From assembly GCA_000004985.1 (NCBI GenBank), contig GG738893.1: a stretch of 64,000 nucleotides of DNA, one strand, 5' to 3'. The position numbers and the translations under genes were made by a program. Shown here one piece after another: positions 31,623 to 42,800 of this stretch (positions within the stretch are counted from its first letter, which is position 1; the number at the start of each line of letters is the position of its first letter). The notes below the pieces were generated by a model. That model had not been told where the DNA came from and searched no databases. It saw only the letters and a program-made list of their open reading frames with translations. This DNA comes from Naegleria gruberi (taxonomy: Eukaryota).

Positions 31623-32291
31623 TTAATCTGTCAATTCTTCAATTCTCTTGACTTCTGTTGATCCATCACTGTTAAAAGCTCCAATACCTAGACCATCCTC
31701 TTGTAAGATATCATCTACTAATGTACAAATTTTACCATAATTACGAATGACAGTATCTGCATCTTCTGGTGTTTTTCTACAAACTGCTTTACACCCCTCC
31801 ATAACACCTTTACATGCTTCTCTAAGAGCTAATTCTCCATGATCTTCATCTCCTACAACGAAGAATAAAACTGATTGAATTCTTGTGAATACAATCATTC
31901 TCTCATTCATGAATGAAAATACTTTGAAAAATCCATCAGGTTGGGGCACTGAACCCTTGTTGACTCTTCTTACATAATCTACAATTGTATCGGCCCAAGC
32001 AATATTTTGATTTTTAAAATCATTATTCACAATTGAAGAGGTAAGTGCTGCTTCACTTCCAACAAAACTACCTCCCGATTTTTGTGCCATCATCATTGTT
32101 GTACTCATTGATGATCTCTTCTTTGGTGAATAGGAAGTAGGTTTTGAAAATGATCCTAATAGTCCAACATCATCCGATTCCGATAATTGTTTTTGTTGAA
32201 ATGATGTAGAAAGTGCTGAGAGTATTGTTGGTGATTTTCTTGCGAACAATACTTTGAAAAAGTCGTCCGTTATTATTACTCCATCAAGCAT
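31623..32291 (-). CDS. hypothetical protein (possible longin/roadblock-like fold)
   Basis: 222-aa ORF with a true ATG. A central alpha/beta-like segment (RMIVFTRIQSVLFFVVGDEDHGELALREA) is present. No confident family. Confidence 0.4.
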   Translation of the reverse strand: MLDGVIITDDFFKVLFARKSPTILSALSTSFQQKQLSESDDVGLLGSFSKPTSYSPKKRSSMSTTMMMAQKSGGSFVGSEAALTSSIVNNDFKNQNIAWADTIVDYVRRVNKGSVPQPDGFFKVFSFMNERMIVFTRIQSVLFFVVGDEDHGELALREACKGVMEGCKAVCRKTPEDADTVIRNYGKICTLVDDILQEDGLGIGAFNSDGSTEVKRIEELTD

Positions 32292-32436
32292 TTTTTTTTA
32301 AATTTAAAAATTTATTAAATTTAATTTAAATATTACAATTAACTATTTACTGTAATTACCTTTACTTCTTTAAATTTTGTAACATTAATAATTGTTTAAT
32401 AACATGCAAATTCAAAATTTAATTTAAAAAAAATAC

Positions 32437-33000
32437 ATGAAAGAAAAAACAAAGAAACCCAACATGGCCAAAGTTTCCACTGGTTTTTTAATTGAAGATG
32501 GTTCGGGATCATCACCTCTCTATCTAATGTGCCACACTACATGTCATAAAAAACCTCCAAAACAACCAATTTTACCATCAGAAACTGATGAAAAGTGGAC
32601 AGTTCCGAAGGGAATTATTGATGAGAGTAATTCAAGTCAGGTTGGTGATGATATTGAAATTGAAACAGCAATTAGAGAATTGAAGGAAGAAACTGGTATT
32701 GATTTGATTGGAAATGAAGTTTTGAGAAAGGAGTTTTATGATCCATTTCTCAGCAAGACTTTGAAATTTAATCTTCATAAGGAGTACAAGATTAAGGCAA
32801 AAGTTATCAGAATTTACTTATTGAAGGATAGTAAAGGATTAATTAAGAGTCAATATGATACTTCTGCTATGAAATGTACATCTCTGATTGATATCGATCA
32901 TCCTTTGAAGGGGTTTCCAGAGGTTGATGCCTTTTTGTGGGTCACAAAAGCACAAGCTTCTAGAATTGCATTGAAATCTCAAAAGGTTCTTTTCAAATAA
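32437..33000 (+). CDS. Nudix hydrolase
   Basis: Nudix box GIIDESNSSQVGDDIEIETAIRELKEETGI fits GX5EX7REUXEEXGU. ATG follows an A-run. Confidence 0.75.
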   Translation: MKEKTKKPNMAKVSTGFLIEDGSGSSPLYLMCHTTCHKKPPKQPILPSETDEKWTVPKGIIDESNSSQVGDDIEIETAIRELKEETGIDLIGNEVLRKEFYDPFLSKTLKFNLHKEYKIKAKVIRIYLLKDSKGLIKSQYDTSAMKCTSLIDIDHPLKGFPEVDAFLWVTKAQASRIALKSQKVLFK

Positions 33001-34065
33001 TTAATGTTTCCAACCATTTGAATGACCTTGTTCTCTGTAAGGTTCTAAAAATCCTCTAAATATCACTTGATTTGAATTGGTGGTATCTTGATCAGATTTG
33101 ATAGAATTATTTCCCCTTTTATACACCCATCTAGATCCATATCCTTCAAAATTTCTCACTTCAACACAAGGAACATTATGAGGAAGAATGTGTGCATTAA
33201 TAAATGTTGCCTCATTTACAATCTTTTCTAAAATTGCAAGAGATTTTCTATTCTTTTCCTTGGCATTTCCAGTTAAGACAGTAGAACCTCCCCAAAATTG
33301 ATCAGTTTCACTTCTGTGACAATGCTTAGCAAGAGCTCTGGCTCCAACTGTGAGACCACTTGTCTTTTCCAAAACTTCATTAAATGAATCAATTAATTCC
33401 TTATAGGTTGGTATCATGTATGAAATACTGCCTGTTGTTTTCCTCATCCTTAGACAGGTTTGAAATCCTCTTAATTTCATTTCCAGAATAATTTGTTGAA
33501 CATGTTCATCCAAGACTGTTTCCTCAGTACTGAAATCCGTAGAGTTCAATTTCAGAATTCTATCTGTAAATTTTGAACTGAGCTCTGTGTAATATTCAAA
33601 ATCATCTTCAATGCTTGGAAATTGTTGGAATTGAATTGGGAATTTTCCTTCTCTACCCCATAATATCCAAATGAAAGCAATCTATCTCAATAATCGAATT
33701 AGAAATAAAATCAAAATATTTACCTCTTGGAAAATATTTGAAACATTCAATGTTGGATAACCAATTAATATTTTCTCTCCATTCTCCAAATTATGATATT
33801 TTACAAGATTTAATAAATTAGCATCATCATTAATATTTTCCTCCTGATCGGAATTTACAAAATTCAATCCAAGGGCTTCCTTCAAGTACTCAGCAGAGAC
33901 TGCAATCGGAGTGGGATCTTTAAATTCCTGTTGCTCATCTGATCCTAAATCATTATTCAACTGAGGGGAATGACAAATCCATTCACTAAATAAATTGCTA
34001 TCATTTAATATGAAGGAAATTGATTTCCGAATACAATTTGATAAATTACAAATATTTGGCAACAT
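33001..34065 (-). CDS. hypothetical protein; two exons: complement(join(33001..33681, 33724..34065))
   Basis: A 42-nt GTAAAT..TAG intron joins the two minus-strand ORFs in frame (…NIFQE|IAFIWILWGREGKFP…). Its stop codon directly abuts the Nudix stop codon (TAATTA at 32998..33003). Confidence 0.45.
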
Positions 34066-34857
34066 GTTTTAATGTTATTGTATTTTTTTTTAATTTAAAA
34101 ATTTCAATTTTAAAAAACGGATCGCCTTTATGGACGACTATTTCAAAAAGTTTCAGAAATTGTAAGTGTTCATAATTGTTTTTATTATTTCCAATAACTT
34201 CAACTTGTTCGAAACATCCCAAACCTTCATGTATTTTCATTACCCAAAAGACAATCTTCAAAAGGAAAGTTGACCCACTAATCAAACCCACAAAAATATC
34301 AATTGAATACCATTCTAAGTGTTCCACATCTTCAAATTTCAATCCTCTCTAGAAGAAACTAAACTATTCAATAATGATTGGTGTGTGAATGGCTCAAATA
34401 ATACAACCAATACCAAGTATCTCATCTGTGATATCAGAAAAAGCCTTCAGTATCACCAACTCACTCCCAACTCTCTGTGAACGAATGTTTGAAAATCAAA
34501 AACTTCCTCTGTCAATTTTATTGTTGTTTGCCACTTTCCAAATCTTCCAACCTCAACAACACACAAAAAAAAGCCTTCAACCGCGCTCGCTGCGACACCC
34601 AACAAATCTCGTCAATCTTTTTTTTGCCGCCACTTTCCAGCAGCGTTTTCAACGTCGATATTCTCTCTTCTTTGAAAAAACAACTTTGCGTCGTCATTGT
34701 CGAGGACTTGATATAAACTCATCAAAGTCATCATACATTAGAATACACTAATAATATACACATCATCTCGTTTTTGTTATCTTCTTCTTCATTAACGAAA
34801 AATATAAAGGGTGAGTGATTTGAAAGATTGTGTTTTATTTAAAATATCAAAAAGAAA

Positions 34858-36169
34858 ATGGCCGAAATTAATTTACAAGAAGCTATTTCAAATGCCAGAT
34901 TAGAGGCACAACAATTGAAGGAAAAAATCAACGCACAGAGAAAAGTTATTAATGATGTGAACAGTAAGTGTTTTTATTGTGTGAGGTTTTTATAATTTAC
35001 TCTTGACATTTGACAAACATCATCAACATGTTGGAAATTTATGATGATATTTTATTATTAAAACTAAATAGTGAAGGATTTGGATGTTGCTGAAATTTCA
35101 CCTCTCAAATTAAAGGAACGAAGAGTGTTTAAAGGACACTCATCTAAAGTTGCTAGTTTAGCTTGGTCAAAGGACTCGAAGACAATTTTGACTGCCGGCC
35201 AAGATAGAATGTTAATTGTAAGTTTAGGAAGTGGTAATAATGATTTGATGACACTTTTTAGTTATGGGATGCTGTGACAACATATAAATTGAGTGCTATT
35301 CCTCTACAAGCTCGTGGTATTATGTGTTGCGATTATAGTACGAGTGGAAATTATGTTTGTGTTGGTGGTTTGGATAACATTTGTTCAGTTTGTAAGTAAT
35401 TATTATCAATAATTATGATGTTAATAAGTTTCGAATAGTTTCCCTTTCTGCTGTTACTCAACAATTACAAAACTCATCCAATGAATACAAGCCATTCAGG
35501 CAACTAGTAGGACATACAGGCTATTTGAGCTCTTGCAAATTTATTAGTGATCGTCACATATTAACTAGTTCTGGAGATCAAAGTTGTATTTTCTGGGATG
35601 TTGAAATGACTCACGCGGTGTCACATTTCCAAGTAAGTATTATTCAATATTAGAAATGTTAACTATTTAATTAGGAACATACTGGTGATTGTATGGCTGT
35701 TTCTGTTTCTCCTATTGAACAAAATGTATTTGTTAGTGGAAGTTGTGATGGTAGTTCAAAGTTGTGGGATGTACGTATGAATAAGTGTGTTGCCACATTC
35801 ACTGGTCATGAAGGTGATATCAATTCAGTTCAATTTTTCCCTAATGGAAATGCCTTTGCCACTGGTTCTGATGATTGTACTTGTAGATTGTTCGACCTTC
35901 GTGCTTCACGTGAGGTTATGACCTATTCAGATGATAATGTCAGAGAAGGTGTCACTAGTATTAGTTTCAGCAAATCTGGACGTGTTTTATTTGCTGCCTA
36001 TGAAGATAAGAAAGTTATTGCTTGGGATTCATTGAAAGGAACCATTTTACAAACTTTGGATGGCCTTCCAAATGGTCACGATAATCGTGTCAGTTGTTTG
36101 GCAGTTTCTCCTGATGGACACGCTCTTGCCACAGGTTCATGGGACATGACCATGAAGATATTTGCTTAA
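34858..36169 (+). CDS. heterotrimeric G-protein beta subunit, paralog 2; five exons: join(34858..34963, 35072..35217, 35262..35391, 35439..35632, 35675..36169)
   Basis: [35 protein letters not shown] | [23 protein letters not shown] ... [17 protein letters not shown] ... GGLDNICSV | F SLSAV ... [41 protein letters not shown] | [13 protein letters not shown] ... WDMTMKIFA. All introns are GTAAGT..AG (108, 44, 47 and 42 nt). The last 400 nt are near-identical to paralog 1. Confidence 0.85.
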
Positions 36170-36289
36170 ATTATTTAAAGCCAACACATATCTTTCAGAA
36201 GTCAGTCATTTTCTCGATCATCATTTTCAATTCCCATCCTTATATTCTCCTCAGTTTTCCCCTTTTCAACTCCATTAATAAAAACCATC

Positions 36290-37576
36290 TTAATTTATTC
36301 TTAAAACTTTTCCAGCTCCAATTATTTGTTTTCCATTCATTAAGATGACTCTTCCTAGAATATCATTCTGTTCGAATGTGTGCAGATAACATGCCTTGTT
36401 TTCTTTTGTTATTAGTGGCTTTAGCCTTACTTCTGCAAAATCACCCTTTTTCAGTTTGTTTGGATAGGTTTCTAATTTCTGGTTCGTTTTTGGATTTACA
36501 GTTGCTAATATATCTTCTATTTTACAAAGGCATTGATTAGTGACACAATTATAAAGTTTGAAAGTGTATCCAACTTTGATTCCATTCTTTGGTTGATTCA
36601 TAATCTTTATCAAAGCTGTGAAAGATTCCACAGCTTTTTTTTCTGACTCCAGGTAAGCTTGGTCATGTATTATAAAATGTGTTTCAACATCTCGTACAGA
36701 AGCTTGTTTGATATTGATTCCACAAAACTCTCCACAAACAACTAGATCACGATGCTCATATCCTATTTCAATAGATTTCACCAGATGTGAACTGTCATCT
36801 CTGAAATAAACTTGTTGGTCCGTTTTAATCTTACCAGTTATTATTTTCCCAGCTACTACTGTGCCAATTCCACCGATTCTGTAAATTTGAAATATAACCA
36901 TCATTAGAGGTTTTTCAATCCATTCCTTTCTTGGTTCAACTTGAATTGCTTTTAATACAGATTCTAATGATTTACCCTTTGAAAATTCACCAGTAGTTGG
37001 TTTGAAAATGTTTTCATCCCTGTCATAACAAATAGGAATGAAAGGAACGTTTTTCCACAATAAAATAGTTTTCAATTTTGATCTAATTTCCTCCAATCTT
37101 GAATTCAATTCAATTACTGGTATTGTATCACATTTTGTTAAACAAACAACCAAATGGGTCAATCCAACAGCTGCAGCTATTTGTAAATGAGTTCTCATAT
37201 TTCCAATAGAATTATTAATATCCTTTTCAAATACTCCTTTTGTGACATCCACAACCAATACACAAATATTTGATAACCAAATAGCCTTCACCATACAATC
37301 GATTTTCTTCTTCTGTGTTGTAGATACATCCAACAAGGTCATTACTTCATTATCCTCCCTATATTGTTTATGAGAGAGTGCAATTTTTATCATCCCTTCC
37401 CGATCAGGATAGTATACATGAGATGCACACATTCTATATGCACCCAATCGATCGGTCTGATAATTATTCATATTTCTTAAAATTGTTCTCTCATCTGGAT
37501 TTATGATCTTTCCGACAAGTGTTGTTTTTCCAGACTTTTCAGCTCCAATGAATGAAATATTTTTTTGTTGCACCAT
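36290..37576 (-). CDS. EF-Tu/eEF1A-family translational-GTPase-like protein with degenerate G3 and G4 motifs (pseudo-GTPase candidate)
   Basis: G1 is intact (GAEKSGKTTL). Where DxxG should be the sequence reads LLDVSTTQ (no Gly). NKxD is replaced by TKCD. Domains II and III of the EF-Tu beta-barrel are recognisable (VVAGKIITGKIKTDQQVYF). Confidence 0.55.
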   Translation of the reverse strand: MVQQKNISFIGAEKSGKTTLVGKIINPDERTILRNMNNYQTDRLGAYRMCASHVYYPDREGMIKIALSHKQYREDNEVMTLLDVSTTQKKKIDCMVKAIWLSNICVLVVDVTKGVFEKDINNSIGNMRTHLQIAAAVGLTHLVVCLTKCDTIPVIELNSRLEEIRSKLKTILLWKNVPFIPICYDRDENIFKPTTGEFSKGKSLESVLKAIQVEPRKEWIEKPLMMVIFQIYRIGGIGTVVAGKIITGKIKTDQQVYFRDDSSHLVKSIEIGYEHRDLVVCGEFCGINIKQASVRDVETHFIIHDQAYLESEKKAVESFTALIKIMNQPKNGIKVGYTFKLYNCVTNQCLCKIEDILATVNPKTNQKLETYPNKLKKGDFAEVRLKPLITKENKACYLHTFEQNDILGRVILMNGKQIIGAGKVLRIN

Positions 37577-37898
37577 TTTCTTTTTTTTGAATTTAATTTT
37601 TTATTTCAAAATTATTAAATTTTACATCTTCTGATCAGCGAGTTCAAACTTGAAAGTTGTAATTAACATATTTTTCTGTAATAGTGTGAAGTTGTAATCA
37701 CCTCTCCCTTATAACTTTCTTATTTTACTCATCCAAGATCAATTCTCCATTAACATTAGAAGTACAGTAGTATCTGACAACAAACGATTTATAAATTTAA
37801 CAACTTAATTTATGAGGAAGTTTAAGCTGCGGGGTGCAACATCACTAAGTAATTCCATTTCATGTAGGAGTTTCTTCAAATTGTATAGAACTAAATAA

Positions 37899-38790
37899 TT
37901 AAGGTTTAAAATCTATATAAATATCTCCACTGAAAACCTGTTTACCAAATACATTTCTTTCAACAGTTTTAAATAACGTAGTAGTTTTACGTAACAGAAT
38001 TGATTCAATATCTATATCCTTTAAAAGTGCTGCTTCTTTACATTTTTCATCCACAATAGCACCTTTATGAAGTAAACATTCTATTATCTCAATATAATAG
38101 CCATTGATTGCAGCATAGAGAGGAGAAACATCACCTTGGTTGACCTTAATTTCTTTTGCTTCCAATAATAATTTGACAATATCTAAATATCCTCTTTTGC
38201 ATGCTGCATAAAGTGGCGTTGTAGAAATACGATAATCACTACTATCGTGTGGTAATTCACTATAGACATATTCATCTTTCATTGGTTCCTAAAAAAAGAA
38301 TAAACTATTAAGGATATTTAATTGGGAAAGTACTTACATCATAATTGTAAATAGTTCTGTTGACTTCAATATGCCTACATTTTAATAGCAATTTAACCAT
38401 TTCATAATCACCTGTTTTACAAGCATAATACAATGGAATGTCATGTTTATCAAAATGTTGAAATATAGTACACATTCTATAACAACCAAAATTTACATTA
38501 ATCCCATCAACTGTTAATAATAACTTTACAATATCTCTAAATCCTCTGGTGTAGGCAGCAAATAGAGGTGAACAACTATCTGTATAACAGTGCACTCCAT
38601 AGTTTACATCAATTCCTTCCACAGCTAACAATAATTCCACAATTTCAATATTTCCTTGTACACAAGCAGCAAATAATGGAGAATAATAAGCATCTCGACC
38701 ATTAATATCAACATCATCACTACCACCACTTGATAATATTAATTTAACACTCTCGACATCACCCGTTGTACAGGCTTCAAACAGAGACAT
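37899..38790 (-). CDS. ankyrin-repeat protein; two exons: complement(join(37899..38288, 38338..38790))
   Basis: At least six ANK-like repeats (SPLFAACVQGNIEIVELLL; PLFAAYTRGFRDIVKLLL; PLYYACKTGDYEMVKLLL; PLYAACKRGYLDIVKLLL; PLYAAINGYYIEIIECLL). A 49-nt GTAAGT..TAG intron in phase 0 rejoins NYD|EPMKDEYVY. Confidence 0.65.
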
Positions 38791-39192
38791 TTTTTTTGAA
38801 AATTGTTATTCTCACACGTTTGCAAAGGTGAAAACCGATGATGCAAAGTTCAAAAAAGTTCTCAACTTAATGCTTGGACCAATCACAACACATTCTCATA
38901 GCTCCATACAAATGTATAATTGAAATATTTCCCACCAAGTTTGTCAAAAAAGAGCAGGTCCCGAGATTGTCGTTTCAGTTTGCTTGTTGCTACATCAACA
39001 TCATGATTCCAAAGTCTTCTGTTGAAAATGGCAATGTTCAAATTATGTTTTTATCAATTAATTATAGCTTGCAAATAATTACTGTAGTTGTTAATTAACT
39101 TGATAACAGTATCTTGGTTGTTGAACTGGAAAAACGAATTCTTTTGTTCCCATTCTCAAAGTCACATGTCACAAGAATTGCACTCAAAAAAA

Positions 39193-39627
39193 ATGTTCAA
39201 ACACCTCGCTGGCTCAATTGTGGTCTTGCTCCTTCTCTGCATAGTTGTATGCAACTCTCTACAACTTCCATTACCAACAGCAACTGAGAGTCTTGGTTTT
39301 CCTGCTCCAATTTCTCAACTCGATGCCAAGAATAGAGTTTTGAAAGCAATTAGTGAAAAGTATTCAAATCAATTAAAAACAATGATTGGTACATTGAATA
39401 AGATGATTGAAGATCAAAGTGCTTTGGGAGATGGTTTTATCGTGGCTAGTTTTAAAGGAAATGTTATGCACCAAGTTGACTGTCAAAAGTATGGAAGTGC
39501 TGTATACCAAGTATTGAAAGCACATTACAACAGACATGGCTATCAAACCATGTATAGTTGTAAAGTATCAGGTGATGTTGAAGGTTATTGCATGATAAAC
39601 ATTCGTATTAATTTTGTGGAACAATAA
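39193..39627 (+). CDS. small secreted protein (about 144 aa, cleavable signal peptide), hypothetical
   Basis: MFKHLAGSIVVLLLLCIVVCNS signal peptide, followed by a Cys-containing domain. Confidence 0.45.
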   Translation: MFKHLAGSIVVLLLLCIVVCNSLQLPLPTATESLGFPAPISQLDAKNRVLKAISEKYSNQLKTMIGTLNKMIEDQSALGDGFIVASFKGNVMHQVDCQKYGSAVYQVLKAHYNRHGYQTMYSCKVSGDVEGYCMINIRINFVEQ

Positions 39628-39810
39628 AGTTCCAAATCTTTTGACTCATCTCACACTTGCATTTAATATCAAGTTATCAACACTGCCATCAACTTTTACC
39701 TTACATTATTAACTGTTTCAAATAAAACCTTGTTTTTATTGTAATACTTGTTATTTGCTATTTGATCTCTATTTTGGAGAAAAATAGATTTTTTCATACT
39801 TATTTAAAAA

Positions 39811-42800
39811 ATGGCAGACAATACACAGGAAGGAGATTTGGGTTTTGAAGTAGTGGATGCTAGTAGTGCTGCTGCTATTGATGATGATCCACAGCAACAA
39901 CAAGAACCGGAGACTATCGAAGAGGGATCCTTGATGGTGGAAGACTCTTCATTGGTGGAAAGTGTTGGTGTATCAGAGGAATTAGTGAGTGGTGAGGCTA
40001 TTGTGGTCGATTCCAACAATAATAATACACAAATATCTTCTTCATCATTATTATTAAATACAGAATCATCAAAATTAGATAATAGTAGCTTAAAATTACA
40101 AAAACCATCAATTCAACCAAGAGTAATTCCTGGACCTCCAATTTATGATCCGAACAAATTTCCCATCATGGATGGTGGTCATGGAGGTGTTTTAGTTACC
40201 GGAATGGCAGCAAGTGTTTCATCTTCTTTGAGTTCTGGTAATGTGATTTCTTCAATTTTAGGTGCATCAAAAGAATTTTCATCAGTGTTACCATTCCAAT
40301 TTCCTTTCGATTCGTCTTCAAATGAAAAATTCACTCTCAGCAATGTTTATCAAGATAATGCTGAAAAGTTCAAGAAATTCAAATATAGATCAGTTTGGGG
40401 TGCTAATAATTTATTGGCCTATTGTTGTCAAACTCATGTAATGATCTTTGATCCAGTTTCTATGCAACAAGTAACTTCATTGTTTGGACATAGACACGTA
40501 ACAACTTGTGTTGAATGGTGTGAAATGTCAAAATCAAGAGGAATTGAAAGAGGTAATACTAATATTGTTGCTAGTGGTGATGAAGGAGGATGTATTATTG
40601 TGTGGGATTATAAAAAAGGAAGAAAACTTTGCAGTTTTGCTGAGGACTATGGTAATACCAAGAAGAGTATTGTACAAATCAAGTGGTTGAATGGTGATAA
40701 TGTTTACTTACTTTCTTTAGCTGCCAATAATGTCTTGTCCTTGTGGAATGTTCAAAGTAATACTAGAATTTGGGATCTTGAATTCCCTGACACAATTACA
40801 GGATTTTCTTTGGATCCATTTACTTTAAAGTCATGTTGCTTACCAAGTGAAAGTGGATGGTCCTATTTTATCAATGATATTAATATTAAGAAGAAACCAA
40901 TCGATATTCAAAGAAGACTTCATGGAAGTATTGACAAAAAGACAGGAGCCACTCAAACCTCATTGAAAGATTTTATTTGTTCTCCACACACTCGTGATCA
41001 ATTTTATGTTGTGACCAAGAAGGAGGTTACAACATTTGATTTAGCCATCAAACAAACAATTCATGGAAAGCAACTCAAGGGAGGAAGAGCAGACTTCCAA
41101 ACATTATATCCTATTGAATCTGAACCATCTGTTTTTTACTCTCTTCATGATGATGGAACTGTTTGTGTTTGGGAATATAATGGTGAAAAGTTTGAACCAA
41201 ATGTTTGTGATGTTGTTAGAGGATCTAAACATGGTGCAGATAGACCTGGATTACTTTACGGACTTTCAATTTCTCCAATCGATCACTCAAAAGTAGCTGC
41301 TGTGAGTGCAGATGGTAAGATTTGGATTTGGAGAGTCAACCTTTCACACAAAATCAAGACACCACCACAAGAAGCTAAGCCAGTTGAAGAACAAGTACCA
41401 AGCTCAAAAATCAAAGTTAACACCAAGTGGATGCTTGAAGGATTGGCTGAATATACAGGATCTGTAATTAGTAGTATCAAAGTTTCTCCATTTGATGATA
41501 AAGTAGCAGTCGGAACAATTAGTGGGTTACTATTGGTATACGATTTACTTACTGGTAACGTGGTAGTTAAACATGATGTATTTAATAATTCTCCTGTATT
41601 GGGTATTAGATGGTTTGGAGCAAGTTCTGTTCTCTGCTTCTCATCTTCAGTCTATGAAAAGAAGAAGGATAGAAAAAGTAATGAATTGAGAATTGTCAAT
41701 CTCGTTTCTGGTAAACATACCACAATTAATGTTAATCGTGAGGATCAACATAAGAAGGAAGAATCCAAAGCTGGAGGAATTAAGGGTATCAGAATTAGTA
41801 ACAGTTACAAATATCTTGTAATCATTTTACAGGACAGACCAATAGAAGTATGGAGATTGGACACTCTCAAGCTCATTAGAATGATTCCATTCTCAAATGT
41901 GACATCTCTTGAATGGGTTCCACTTTCTAAACATCACCCAGAACGTGAATTATTGTACTTTACAACTACTGATGGATCTTTGCATTTCTATAAGGTCGAA
42001 AATTATAAGGTCGAACCAGATGTTAAAAAACCAAAGGTATTTGTAAATACCATTACTGCCCTAGCTTGGAAGAATGATAGACTTGTTTCTGGTGATGTTA
42101 CAGGTACCATTACTGTTTGGGATTTGCAACACAAAAAAACCAAAACAATTCAAACACACAGAGGTTTAGTTAAGAAGATCAGTGTAAGCAAGGAACATAA
42201 TCACATTTTGGTATTGTTCAATGAGGGAGACTTTGGTATTTGGGACTTGGATCAATATGCCAAGGTTGCCAATTCTCCTCCACATATCAAGGCCGTTGCC
42301 TCAGACTGGTCTAGAGGAAATTATCCTGTTGTTGCCACAAATAGTGGTTCCATCCTTGTATTTGATATTCAACTTAGTACTTGTAACACTAATGTATTGT
42401 TCCATACTCGTCTGGATCACCTTAAGAATCCTTGCTCACTTAAATCAGATGAAGCTCAATATTTTAGAGCTCTCATCGAAAATAACAAGCTTCCATTTGA
42501 TGATATGGTTGATGAAAACACAATAATAGATGAACCAAATACATACAGAAATTGTTGTGGAGATGTCATTGATAATAAGAAAGTCAAGGAGCTTTATGAA
42601 AAGGCTCTCGACCACAGATATTTACTTCCTCAAAACATGGTGGTTAAATTGAAGAATCCAAGTACAAATACTGCTGAAAGATGCTTGATTGCTGCTGAAT
42701 ACTTTGGTGATAAGATTGCCTATCAATTCTGGAAACTTGCTATTGAATTTTTGGGCAAATTCAGCAAGCAAAATATCAATCCTGCTGATATTCAAAAAGA

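Noticed and set aside
34389-34751. Low-complexity ORFs (34389..34751, 34477..34716) upstream of G-beta paralog 2
   Set aside because: Composition-driven ORFs in a promoter or 5' leader region. There are no motifs, and the region contains the GC-rich putative regulatory patch instead.
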